Source: Octopus sinensis (taxonomy: Eukaryota). Taken from it: a stretch of DNA of 64,000 nt. Both the position numbers and the translations under genes were made by a program. Below, one piece after another: positions 52,201 to 64,000 of this stretch (positions are counted from its first letter, which is position 1; each line of letters opens with the position of its first letter). The stretch covers positions 113,894,001 through 113,958,000 of the forward strand of contig NC_043000.1 of the NCBI RefSeq assembly GCF_006345805.1, given 5' to 3'. The notes below the pieces were generated by a model that was given only the letters and a program-made list of their open reading frames with translations, had not been told where the DNA came from and did no database searches.

Positions 52201-53029
52201 TCATCTTTCTGGTCAATGTCCTGTCCCTGAGGTCTTAACAACAATTGCGTTGCTGTTTATAATGAAACAGATGTAATTTGGTCATGCCAACTAATTGACC
52301 TCGCAGACTGTGGATGTTGACTGGATAAACAAATACAATGTGTAAGCGTTGACGTGACAAAATAGGGTGTTGACTGAATAGACGGATTGACAGCGTGTAG
52401 ACATTGACCGAATAGATAGACAGACAGTGATGGATGTTGACTGAAAAGATTGACACAGAGTACAGATGTCAACAAGATGTTCTGATGCAATGACTTGTTA
52501 GATTGACAAACAATGAATATATTTCTTTACTACCCACAAGGGGCTAAACGCAGAGGGGACAAACAAGGACAGACAAAGGGATTAAGTCGATTACATCGAC
52601 CCCAGTGTGTAACTGGTACTTAATTTATCTGCCCCGAAAGGATGAAAGGCAAAGTCGACCTCGGCGGAATTTGAACTCAGAGCATAACAGCAGACAAAAT
52701 ACCTATTTCTTTACTACCCACAAGGGGCTAAACACAGAGGGGACAAACAAAGACAGACAAAGGGATTGAGTCAATTACATCGACCCCAGTGCATAACTGG
52801 TACTTAATTTATATGCCCCGAAAGGATAAAAGGCAAAGTCGACCTCGGTGGAATTTGAACTCGGAACATAATGACAGACGAAATACGGCTACGCATTTTT
52901 CCCAGCATGCTAACATTTCTGCCAGCTCACTGCCTTTTAGATTGACAAACAATATATAAATGTTTACTGGACAACCACAGAGTGTAGAAGTTAACAGGGT
53001 GGATAGATACAGCATGTAGATAATGACTG

Positions 53030-53360
53030 GTGAATAGCCACAATGTTTAGATGTTGCCTGCTGAATAGCCACAATGTTTAGATGTTGCCTGCTGAATAGC
53101 CACAATGTTTAGATGTTGCCTGGTAAATAGCCACAATGTTTAGATGTTGCCTGGTGAATAGCCACAATGTTTAGATGTTCCCTGGTAAATAGCCACAGTG
53201 TTTAGATGTTGACTGGTAAATAGCCACAATGTTTAAATGTTGCCTGGTAAATAGCCACAATGTTTAGATATTGGTTAGTAAATAGCCTCAATGTTTAGAT
53301 GCTGGTTGCTAAAAGGCCACAATGTTTAGATGTTGCCTGGTAAATAGCCACAATGTTCAG
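53030..53360 (+). repeat. 31-bp minisatellite (aatagccacaatgtttagatgttgcctggta), about 10 units
   Basis: Period 31 (caatgtttag at 53041, 53072, ...); lies about 320 bp upstream of the Dab exon at 53681. Confidence 0.92.
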
Positions 53361-53680
53361 GTGTTAACAGGATGGATAAATACAGTGTATAATGTTGAGT
53401 GTCTAGATAGACATGGTGTATAGATTCTGATCAAATGGTTGGTCAGTGTTGTAGATTTTATTTAGCACCATTAGCCCGTATAGGAATACTTCTGAGACAA
53501 AAGATCTAAAATGTAACCCTCTGAGGATCAGTTTGACCCTAACCCTAACCCTGCTGTATTTTTATTTGTGCTTCAGTGGTTCATATTTACCTGTATGGTT
53601 CCTATTTCGTCCACTGTGATTCCAATTTGACCATATTTAACCTCTGTAATCCTTAATTTGATTGCTGTGACTCATTGCAG

Positions 53681-53770
53681 GCTGGACATGTTATCATCGC
53701 CATAAGGGATTTGTTTGAGACAGTTTTTGAGATGAAGAAAAAAGAGAGAGACGAGGCTGCCCAAAAAGAG
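53681..53770 (+). CDS. Dab: Dab PTB C-terminal helix exon
   Basis: cattgcag|GCT...GAG|gtcagt; 90 nt, AGHVIIAIRDLFETVFEMKKKERDEAAQKE. Confidence 0.92.
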
Positions 53771-53994
53771 GTCAGTATTTCTTCGGTCACTTACACATGC
53801 TCTTCCACTCACACACACACATACACACAGACACCTACACATGCACGTTTATTGAACTGGACAAACATGCACCTCGCCATATGTATTTACATACATTCAC
53901 ATGTTTGTACATACATATTTACACACATTTCCATGCATACACATATACACTAATCCAGATACACATTTATACATGTAAACAGTCTTACACACAT

Positions 53995-54035
<41 letters not shown>

Positions 54036-54457
54036 TACATACTTAGATGCATGTGTGTGTGTATATATATGTGTGTGTGTATATATATGTGTGTGTGTGT
54101 GAGTGTGTGTTATATATGAAGGCGCATGGCTTAGTAGTTAGGGTGTTGCACTCACAGTTGCGAGATCGTGGGTTTGATTCCCAGACTGAGCATTGTGTCG
54201 TGTTCTTGAGCAAAGTACTTCATTTCATGTTGTTCTGCGATCATTTCAACATCTGACATATGGCCCCCAGTAACACCTGTACAGGTAATGTCAATTTGAT
54301 AGAGAGAGTGAGTACACAAACATTTAATCACTAGAAACAAATCATCTGTGTGGTGGTTGTTCGGTAAGAAATTGTCAAACCCTCATATGTTGTATAAGGA
54401 TGAGAGAGTCCATTATTATATATATATATTATATGTATATATATATATATATATATA

Positions 54458-54592
<135 letters not shown>

Positions 54593-54923
54593 ATATATCA
54601 ATAATAATAAAGGGTAAAATTAATTAATTAACTAGTAATTAATAATTCCGCCAAGTAGAATTCAGCATGAAAAAGGACCATTTTTCGGTAAACTTAAACA
54701 ATATTTTATAATTACAAGTATAATTATAATTAGGGTTCAGCAAAGATTTGCTTTACTACTTACCGAAGTTTAGAAATAGCAGCCAAAGAACCTTAGCTAT
54801 TTCTTCTTCTATAAGAAGAGACTCCCGGGCAAAACAAAATTATACTCGTAATTATAAAATGTTATATATATAAATATATATATATATATACATACATATA
54901 TATACACATATATAGATACATGT

Positions 54924-54980
<57 letters not shown>

Positions 54981-55344
54981 TAATCATTCATGCGTGCATA
55001 CACTCACTCATACTTTCACATACTTACACACATATATATCCACACACAAACACACATACTGATATCAATTACAGCTGTGGTTTATCAGGTTCAATCTCCT
55101 GCAGGACAGAGAACCTGTGAATTAGGTGATTCTTTTATGATTCATGACCGAATGGGCAGCACACGTCAACAGGCACGAACTAAGGTTATGGTACCTCATT
55201 CCACTGAGTAAAGGTTTATTGTTAACAGGACGTGAGAAAATACATCTTGATTTATGCAGAAAAATAATAGAGCATGAAATATTACACCTACGATTACGTC
55301 ATGTTTGAAGTAGGGAAATAATTGCTGTACATTTTGTATATTAC

Positions 55345-56035
55345 ATCATCATCATCAGCAGCATTATCGTTGTTTAACATCTGCTTTCCATGCTGGCATG
55401 GGTTGGACGCTTTGACAGAGGACTGGCAAGCCAGAAGGCTGCACCAGGCTCCAATCCGATCTGGCAATGTTTCTACAGCTGGATGCTCTTCCTAACGCCA
55501 ACCACTCTGAGAGTGTAGTGGGTGCTTTTTATGTGACACCAGCATGAGGACCAGTCAGGCAGTACTGGCATCGACCACACTCGAATGGAGCTTTTTACGT
55601 GCCACCTGCATTGGTACCAATCAGGTGGTACTATCATTGGCCACAACAATGACTTCACTTGCCTCAACAGGTCTTCACAAGCGCAGTTTGTTGCCCAATG
55701 ATTAAAGGTTGCTTTTAAAAGGGCTGGTTACATTGCACTGGCATAGGCCATGGTTATGGTCTCACTTGGCTTGCCAGGTCTTCTCAAGCACAGAATATCT
55801 CCAAAGGGCTCAGTCACTAGTCATCGCCTCAGTGAGGCCCAATGTTTGAAGGTCGTGCTTCACCGCCTCATCCCCAGTCTTCTTGGGTCTACCTCTTCCA
55901 CAGATTCCCTATACTGCTAGGGTGTGACACTTTTTCACCCAGCTGTCCTCATCCATTTGCAACACATGACCATATCAGCGCAGTCATCTCTTTAGCACAC
56001 CACATCTGATGCTTCTTATGTCCAACTTTTCCCTC
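55345..56035 (-). mobile_element. RTE-clade LINE 3' fragment
   Basis: Reverse complement of the 43540-43900 ORF end, plus 3' UTR units and (ATG)n tail. Confidence 0.85.
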
Positions 56036-56059
56036 TGGGCACTTCTAAAATAAAGCAAG

Positions 56060-56983
56060 TATGAGGTGGTATCAAAAGGTTCCAGGAAAGTTATGTTGGA
56101 TAAAAAATAATTTATTTACCTAAGTTTTAACATCATCTCCTTCAAAATAGACCGCAATGCACCGGTCCCAGTGTTCCTGCCATTCTTAGAATCCAGCCTG
56201 GAAGTCCATTTCCGTAAGTGAGTTGAGGACCTTCTGCAATTTGCTCAATCTTGACAATGGTGTTAAACTGGCAACCTTTGAGCTGCATTTCCATTTAGGG
56301 GAAGGGATGGAAGTCTGTTGGTGCTAAATCTGGTGAATAGGGCAGATGTGGAAGCGATACCATTTTGTTTCGGGGGGAGAAACTCACAAGTGAGGAGAAC
56401 CCACTAATAGGGTGCATTGTTGTCATGAAGAATACCCTTCTTTGCGCTCCACAAAACAGGTTGCTTTCATCAAATGTGCTCCCTCAAATGCTTCAAAGCA
56501 TTACAGTAGAACCCTTGATTGACAGTTTGGCGCCAGGAAATGAATTCTCAATGCACAATTCTGTGGATATTAAAGAAAAACAATGAGCAATCTCTTGATT
56601 GAGCTGTGGTTCTGCCGTGCCTTTTAAAGCACGTCTGCCACTCAAAATATCATATACGACCCATTGTCTTGGTCACCATAAGCTTGCCAAAGCATCCTGA
56701 ATGTCTCTGTAGCAGACTTCCCAAGTTTAACACAAAATTCCATGCTCACTTTTTGTTCCAGCTTCCTGTCCATGACAAGAATCACAGACTTCAGCAGACA
56801 CGTGATCGCAAAAACACAAATTTCACAACTTGTGAAGTAAACACAGTGACATCACTCAGCAGACTGAATCATGAGGGTCACTACTAGCTCCCTCTGCAGT
56901 GACCTTGGTGTGGTCACTATGTGCTGCCATCCGTTGGCATGCTACAGAACTAGTCTGGGAACTGTTTTATGCCACCTTGTGTA
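56060..56983 (-). mobile_element. Mariner transposon fossil (internally deleted, pseudogenised transposase)
   Basis: TIR-like ends tatgaggtggtatcaaaaggttcc / gggaactgttttatgccaccttgtgta. Minus-strand peptides ILHDNNAP, PYSPDLAPTDF, EWQEHWDRCI..YFEGD. Confidence 0.85.
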
Positions 56984-56994
56984 TAGTATTGGGA

Positions 56995-57133
56995 AAGTGT
57001 GTGGCTTAGTGGTTTGGGTATTTAGCTCATGATCATAAGGTTGTGAGTTCAATTCCCAGCTGCATATTGTGTCCCTTGGGCTGACCAAAGCCTTGTGAGT
57101 AGATTTAGAAGACGGAAACTGAAAGAAGCTCGT

Positions 57134-57169
<36 letters not shown>

Positions 57170-57390
57170 TATATTTGTGTGTGTGTCTTTGTGTCTGTGT
57201 TTGGCTACCCCACCATTGCTTGACAACCGATATTGGTGTGTTTACATGCCTGTAACTTAGCGGTTTGGCAACAGTGACCGATAGATTAAGTGCTAGGCTT
57301 ACAACGAATAAGTCCTGGGATTGATTTCATCGACTAAAAGGCAGTGCTCCAGCATGGCCACAGTCAAATGACTGAAACAAATAAAAGTTA
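56995..57390 (+). mobile_element. SINE family A with divergent head
   Basis: gtgtggcttagtggtt..gagttcaattccc head followed by the family A body and tail. Confidence 0.8.
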
Positions 57391-57764
57391 AAAAAATATA
57401 TATATATACACACACATGCACACACAGCATATGTATTTATTTTATGCCCTAATGACTATGAGGTCAACACACTAACAACTAGACATTACTCAAATAACTA
57501 TTGTCAGTGTTAAAACTTTTGTTAAAACTATTGTCAAGCCAAACAAATTAAATTATTAATGCTGCTGCTGCTGTTGCTGTTGTTGTTGTTGTTATTGTTA
57601 TTGTTATCATTATGATGATGATGATGATGGCAGCAAGCTAGCAGGGTCATTAGCAAGCCAGGTAAAATGCTGAGCGACATTTCGTCTGTCATTATGTTCT
57701 GAGTTCAAATTCTGCCAAGGTCGACTTTGTGTGTTTGTATTCTTTGTTCTTTTTACATTTTTTT

Positions 57765-58135
57765 TTACTTGTTTTAGTCATTTGAGTACGGCCATGCTGG
57801 AGCACCACTTTTTGTTGAAACAAATTGACCCCAGGCCTTATTCTTTGTAAACTTAGTACTTATTCTATCGGTCGCTTTTGCCGAACTGCTAAGTTACAGG
57901 GACGTAAACACACCACCGAGATTGGTTGTCAAGCATTGTTGGAGGTACAAAAACACACACACTCTTATATATATGACAGGCTTCTTTCAGTTTCCTTCTA
58001 CCAAATCCACTGACAAGGTTTTGGTCAGCCCGAGGCTATAGCAGAAGACACTTGCTTAAGGTGCCATGCAGTGGGACTGAACCCAGAACCATGTGGCTAG
58101 GAAGCAAGCTACTTACCACACAGCCACTCCTGTGT
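57765..58135 (-). mobile_element. SINE family A, full length
   Basis: Reverse complement of the family A consensus. Confidence 0.85.
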
Positions 58136-58598
58136 CTATACACTTTAGTATGAGAATCATGAAATCATGAAATCAAGAAGACATATACAAATTTCACATT
58201 TCTAAACTAAATACATGAACTATACTTGGAATACAATACAATATAACGCCTTTTACATATGAATATTATGGATTATTGCAGAAGACTAACCAAGGAAGTA
58301 TATATGGATTTAAAGACTCTCATCAAAAGCAGTAATTTTTAATTTTAATTTATATTTCAAACAAACACCATTTTATAGTATTACTTCAAATTAAAAAAAA
58401 AAAACTACCATTTGATATGTTATACAAAATTCAAATTTAATATCTCTGGCTAGATTGGTCATAAAGTAGGGAGAATACTTGGGCTGGATAAGGGGCCAGT
58501 TTCAATGCTAAAGGTTTAAACAAAAACCACATGTTGTGTCTGATTCCACTTCCATATTTAGCAATCTTGTAAATGCAGTTTATATTTATTTTTTTCAG

Positions 58599-58706
58599 GC
58601 AGAAGAGAAAGACAAATCTGCAGTGTGCAGCGCGGCTGATGGTGCTGCACCAGTCGCAGCCACAGCTGACAAAGCCAACACTGATGAAACAGATTATGGT
58701 TATTCT
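58599..58706 (+). CDS. Dab: Dab post-PTB linker exon
   Basis: ttttttcag|GCA...TCT|gtaagg; 108 nt, phase 0/0, open frame AEEKDKSAVCSAADGAAPVAATADKANTDETDYGYS. Confidence 0.8.
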
Positions 58707-59878
58707 GTAAGGACAATAGATTCTTATTTAGTTTCCTTTGTTTTCTCTTGTCTTTTATTTCTTTGTTTAATAGTTTTTATAGATTACCGTATTTTAACGT
58801 GTATAAGGAACCCTTTTTTTGTCAAAAATTAGGTTTAAAAAATATGGGAGTTTCTTATACATGGATAGTATTATAATCCCTTACAAAACCTTTTTTCCAA
58901 ATTTTAAACCCAACAAATTAGGGGGTTCCTTATACACGTTAAAATACAGTAACCCTTTTGATACCAATCCGGCTGAAACTGCCTCTGGCTCTGTCATACA
59001 AATGTCTTGTTTTCATAAGTTTTGAATTAAAATCTTCCACCAAACCTTAGTCACAATTTATGTTCCTAAAACTAGCTTAATGATAACCAAGTTATTTTAC
59101 TAAATTCTTTGTTATATTTAAAGTAATTGAAAGAAACAGAGCATCTCAACAGAAATATGGTAATAAAAGGGTTAAAATATATAACAGAGAAACAATTCTT
59201 AACCCTTTCGATACCAACCTGGCCAAAACTGCCTCTGGCTCTGTAGTACAAATGTCTTGTTTTCATAAGTTTTGAATTGAAATTTTCCACCAAACCTTGG
59301 TCACAATTTATGTTCCTAACACTAGCTGAATGGTAACTAAGGAATACATATAGCAGTTGACTGATATTCATTTTCACTATGTGAAATGATGTATGTTGCT
59401 CAAGGACACATGCTACTCTGTTCAGTAATTGAACTCAGGCCCTTGTGATTTTGGCTCCAACCCCTTACTAGACTCTGTGCTTCCATAGGCTAGGTAAGCT
59501 AGGTAAACTCTCAGCTGAAAAAAATGTAGCATTCTGAAATTGTAGGAGGAATGAATTTAAATAACTGACCAAGACCTTTGGCAATATGTTGTGCAAAATC
59601 GCAGTAGTGGCAGATTCTGGTATCACGCAAACTGGCACCCGTGCCAGTGGCATGTAAACGCACCCCAGCGTCACCAAATGGCATCTGTGCTAGTGGCATG
59701 TAAAAGCACCGATTACACTCTTGGAGTAGTTAGTGTTAGGAAGGACATCCAGTCGTAGATCATGCCAAATCAGACCAGAGTCTGGTGCAGCCTTCCAGTA
59801 TGCCAGCCCAGTCAAACAGTCCAACACATGCCAGCATGGGCAACGGACGTTAAATGATGATGATGGTGGCGATGATGA

Positions 59879-60201
59879 TATATAAAAGCAGAAGCTAAAA
59901 AATATATATGCACATAAAAATACAAAGACCTATCAAGAAAAGGTATATAAAATCAATTAAGATAAGTATTCAAAATAAATTACTAAAACGAACTATTTTG
60001 ACATATTTTTAATTGAGGAGAGTAAAAACTTCTTTTTTAGTCAGCTGATATTTTTTAGTTTTTTAGTTGATTGATTCACTTTAGTAATTCATTTTGATTA
60101 CCTATTTTAGTCAATTGTAAATACCTTTCCTTGATAGGCCTTTCTATATATTTTGTATTTTTATGTGTGTATGTATTTCTTACCTTCTGTGCTTTTATAT
60201 A
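59879..60201. mobile_element. Degenerate MITE with long (about 115 bp) imperfect TIRs
   Basis: tatataaaagcagaag..cataaaaatacaaa..cctatcaagaaaaggtat..aattactaaa versus its inverse at the right end. Confidence 0.65.
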
Positions 60202-60551
60202 TGTATTCATGTTGAAGGCCATGGTAATATTTATATATGATCAAATGTATGGAAGCCTGGTGTTATATAAAGTCATTGACTTGAATTTGATGTTTGTTCT
60301 CTAATCAATGTTTTTAATCTGTCTCATTTTCATTTGAGCACTTCTTTTTTTGCAGTTCTATAAATCCTTTTGTCTCCATAACAAGAGGCAAAAATTATTT
60401 CTTGTCTTATACACACACACTCATATATATATGTGTGTGTGTGTGTGTATTCATTTGGCTGTTAATCTCAGTGTGTTTCTTTGTGGCTCAGTTAATATCC
60501 ACTGTTATTTATGTCACTCTGTAGTCTTGTGTATAAATACAATTTGTGTTC

Positions 60552-60621
<70 letters not shown>

Positions 60622-61052
60622 TTTAATGTATACGGCATAAAAGCATGAGCTACAAATGGTTTCTTTCATTGGAGACAAGCGTCAAGGCAGGGTTTCATAA
60701 CACACCTTGTGTTTCCAAGCAATCTTCAAGCTCTTTATACTGAGTACAGTAAATGATATGTATCTCTCTGTGGATGGAGTATTTCTTTTTATTTTATTGT
60801 TGATCTTATCTTAACAGAACAGTAAACTACATGCATATATATAATAATAATATAAGTTAATATCTATATAGCCATAGATATATATACATTGAATATTAAT
60901 GAAAATAATTTCAATCCATATTAAAATTTAATCTCCTCCATTTACGAAAAATATGATTGAATTTGTTGAACTTTATTTTATAAATTAAATCATATACTTA
61001 ACACACACACACACACACACACACACCACACACACACACATATATATATATA

Positions 61053-61094
<42 letters not shown>

Positions 61095-61139
61095 TTAAAT
61101 AAATTGAGTTAAATGCAGATGTTATTCAAATTCTTTTAC

Positions 61140-61223
61140 TTTCGACATATGTTTCGAAGACAACGTTATTTTTATTCCAAAGGAATAAAAGGTGTAAAAT
61201 AATGTAATCTTCTCACCAGAAAA
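61140..61223 (-). ncRNA. Hammerhead motif in the inverted pLTR (A6 to G)
   Basis: Reverse strand tttt-CTGGTGA-GAAGA[loop]TCTTC-GAAACATATGTC-gaaa; palindromic stem III ACATATGT, GUC triplet. The partner copy keeps CTGATGA at 62249-62255. Confidence 0.65.
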
Positions 61224-61299
61224 GAAAGAGAACCCATCTCAACAACAAGACGTTATAACAATTTTGATGACTGCATAAATGATAAACAGAATGCTATTA

Positions 61300-61497
61300 A
61301 GTATTTTAAGAACTTTCCAAAAAATTCCAGATATTATTCAATTATTAATTCTCATATAGTTAGAGTTGCCTTCTCCAATACAAAGAATCTTTCACAAATT
61401 ATATCTTTTCATAATACCAGTCTGCTAAATAAAAGTTCATTTACTGAGAGTTCCAACATTAATTTTGTTAATACCAGCCCTTCCCATAGTAATAATA

Positions 61498-61561
<64 letters not shown>

Positions 61562-61986
61562 CATAGTTTTGGTCTAACCCCAACAGAATTAAATTTATGT
61601 CTAATAATTCTAAGATTAAGAATTCTGTATACCAATGTAAAATTACTTCAGGTACCAATGTCTATTTCTATATTGGCGCTTCCTCTTCCCAGTTATCTAA
61701 GAGAATTTCCAATCATTATTCATCATTTAGGGATAGCAGTAAACACAATAGCACAAGGCTTAGTAAATTGGTTTGGTATCTTAAAGACAACAATAAGGAT
61801 TTTAAGTTAGATTGGTTTGTCCTGTCCATCTCTTTCCCTTATGACAAGGGCAAAGGATTCTGTAACATTTGCAAATCTGAACTCTTCCATATTCTCTTCT
61901 CTAAGAATCACCTTGTTAACATACTTATAGAGCGATCTTACAAATGTAAGCACTCGCAGAAACACACCTTTAGCTCATGTAAGTGA
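61300..61986 (+). pseudogene. PLE linker and GIY-YIG endonuclease remnant (frameshift near 61570)
   Basis: NFPKNSRYYSIINSHIVRVAFSNTKNLSQIISFHN, then VYQCKITSGTNVYFYIG...KRISNH...TRLSKLVWYLK...W...CNICKSE...N..E..KCKH. Confidence 0.8.
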
Positions 61987-62305
61987 TTTTTACCAGTCTT
62001 TATAGTTTGAACATTTAGTTCACCTTGCACTTTACTTCAATAGAGAAATCTACTTCCAAGCCTTTGAACATTTTTTTCAACCAACATATCCCTCTTTATT
62101 TGTTCTCTACTTATTATTTCTTTACCCCTTCTCTTTTCTATGGTCTACCTTTGATGTCAGACCTGCTAACAGTTATTTTTTAAAATAGCGTTCTGTTTAT
62201 CATTTATACAGTCATCAAAATTGTTGTTGAGATGGATTCTCTTTCTTCCTGATGAGATTACATTATTATACACATCAGATATATATATATATATATTATA
62301 TATAT

Positions 62306-62375
<70 letters not shown>

Positions 62376-62506
62376 CCATACAATTATGTCTATCTGTCCA
62401 GTCTATTTGTATGTCTGTTTATATATTCATCTGTCTCTATGCATGTCTGTATGTGTGTTTTCCATATCCATTCTGTCATCTATCTATCTATCTATCTATC
62501 TGTCTA

Positions 62507-62537
<31 letters not shown>

Positions 62538-62796
62538 GTTCATATTTGTGTATCTGACTATTTACTTATCCTTCAATTTCTCTATCTCTTCCCCTTTTCT
62601 TTCTCTTTCATTTCAAACTATTTACCTGTGTCGTGATACCATTTTCTCCAGCTTCCAGATATCTCATACATCTCCACTGTTATTGTTGCATCACAGTGCA
62701 ACGCCGTACCAATATTTGATTCTTTCACTGCTGATAATCAATAATCACATCAGCTAAACACTTTTTGCTTTTTTTATTGAGATTTCTTTATTTATT

Positions 62797-62834
<38 letters not shown>

Positions 62835-62860
62835 CCGTTTTTCTGTTATGACATCATCAG

Positions 62861-62947
62861 GTACCTTCAAATAACAAACCTGTGCCGCAAGCTGCTGCTA
62901 CTCCAAATATCATAGACCTTGATACTGATTTAGAGTACATTCAACAG
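62861..62947 (+). CDS. Dab: Dab exon with clathrin-box-like IIDLD
   Basis: Long pyrimidine tract, then catcag|GTA...CAG|gtagga; 87 nt, phase 0/0, VPSNNKPVPQAAATPNIIDLDTDLEYIQQ, resembling Dab2 LLVDLNSEIDTNQ. Confidence 0.8.
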
Positions 62948-63769
62948 GTAGGACAGAGTACACCTGTAATTGCTAGCCAACAACACCTCAAAGGCAGCAA
63001 CACCTGAAAGCTTCACCGATTTTTAGCTTCTTTCTTGTTATTCTTCCACCTCAGTTCTCCTTCCATACTCCATACCTTTTTACTTTCACTTTCACTTTGC
63101 AAGAAAATTTTCTAAAGGGAGTCATTCAAGCTCCCTACTTACAGTTATTCCTTTGTTCCTTTCTCCTGCTATTGTTTTGTCCTCATTCTCCTTCCTCCCA
63201 CTGTTACTCTTTCTCATTCTTACTCTCCACCACTGTTATTTTCTTACATTACGGCCCCTCACTCCACTTCCAGTCTTACATCTCCTTATTTTCTCTCCAC
63301 TTCCTCCTTCTCTTCCATACTGTACCCCTACCATCCTTACTCTCCTTTCCCTGTTTTCACTCATCCCTCTCCCAGGCTTCATTTTCCTTACTATTCCTCT
63401 TCCTTCCCTTCATTTTTACTCCACTCACTATCACTTTCTTTTGTTCTTACTACTCTTACAGCTAATCACTCAGGCACATACACTCACTCTCTCTCTCTCT
63501 TTCTCTGTCTGTCTCTCTCTCTCTCTGTATATATATATCTTTGTTTTCTCTCTCTCTCTTTCTTTGTTTCTCCCCAACCCCTCCTATGCAACCATTACTT
63601 GTTCTAAAGAACCAATCAAAGAGACCACTTTTATGGCCACCACCACTCCACTCCTTATTCGTTCTCCTCTTACCCTTACTCTTTCCCTTCCTCCAGTGGA
63701 GGTATGTAGTTTAATGGTCAGGATATTCAGCTTACAATCTTAAAGTCATGAGTTTGATTCCCAAAGCCT

Positions 63770-63975
63770 CCTCCTCCAAAATTTCAGACCTTGTGCTTAT
63801 AGTAGAAAGGAATATTATGGTCTCAGTAAATTATTGAGCTGGCAGAATGGTTAGTGGCATTTTAGCCATTCTTACATTCTGAGTTGATCTTTGCCTTTCA
63901 ACTGAGGTCAGCTTTGCCTTTCATTCTTTCAGGGTCAATAAAATAAGTACCAGTTGAGCCCTGGGGTCAATCTAA
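63770..63975 (+). mobile_element. SINE family B fragments
   Basis: gagctggcagaatggttag..ttctgagt..ctttgcctttca..aagtaccagttgagccctggggtc. Confidence 0.75.
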
Positions 63976-64000
63976 TTGACTCACCGCCTTCCTTAAAATT

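Larger units (their letters stand above)
61094..62278 (+). mobile_element. 5'-truncated Penelope-like element (GIY-YIG end) with inverted pLTR, between two (TA)n tracts
   Basis: GIY-YIG ORF remnant plus an inverted repeat, 61199-61300 versus 62180-62270. Confidence 0.8.

Noticed and set aside
53030-53360. CRISPR-like array
   Set aside because: Contiguous 31-bp units with no unique spacers, in eukaryotic context; a minisatellite.
58699-58700. Alternative donor GT inside Dab exon 58599-58706 (TATG|gttatt)
   Set aside because: Poor donor consensus and it would shift the frame; the gtaagg donor at 58707 keeps phase 0.
61987-62180. SECIS element in the PLE 3' UTR
   Set aside because: No AUGA/GA quartet with an apical AA loop is visible, and there is no in-frame UGA in the remnant ORF.
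63097-63743. Leu/Phe/Ser-rich ORFs after the last Dab exon
   Set aside because: Pyrimidine-rich intronic low-complexity sequence; no exon boundaries or homology.

Overview
AT-rich eukaryotic (animal) genomic DNA, dominated by microsatellites and interspersed repeats. The repeat landscape looks like an octopus/cephalopod genome (inference, not verified). I can support one host protein-coding gene: a + strand Disabled (Dab1/Dab2-like) PTB-domain adaptor. Six coding exons (25622-25652, 34200-34417, 37009-37143, 53681-53770, 58599-58706, 62861-62947) splice into one open frame with canonical GT-AG sites, and the gene runs off the right end. The rest is tRNA-derived SINEs, RTE, R4/Dong-like, CR1-like and Penelope-like retroelement fragments, a mariner fossil, a Helitron, several MITEs and tandem repeats. 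Nearly all ORFs in the supplied track are microsatellite artefacts. Most notable observations: (1) a tRNA-headed SINE carrying a minimal type I hammerhead ribozyme, found at two loci in head-to-head palindromic arrangement, plus three or four other hammerhead-like motifs in Penelope-like elements embedded in (TA)n; (2) an inverted repeat pair flanking the Dab start-codon exon; (3) a Dab1-like YxVP motif assembled across an exon junction, next to a Dab2-like clathrin-box motif.
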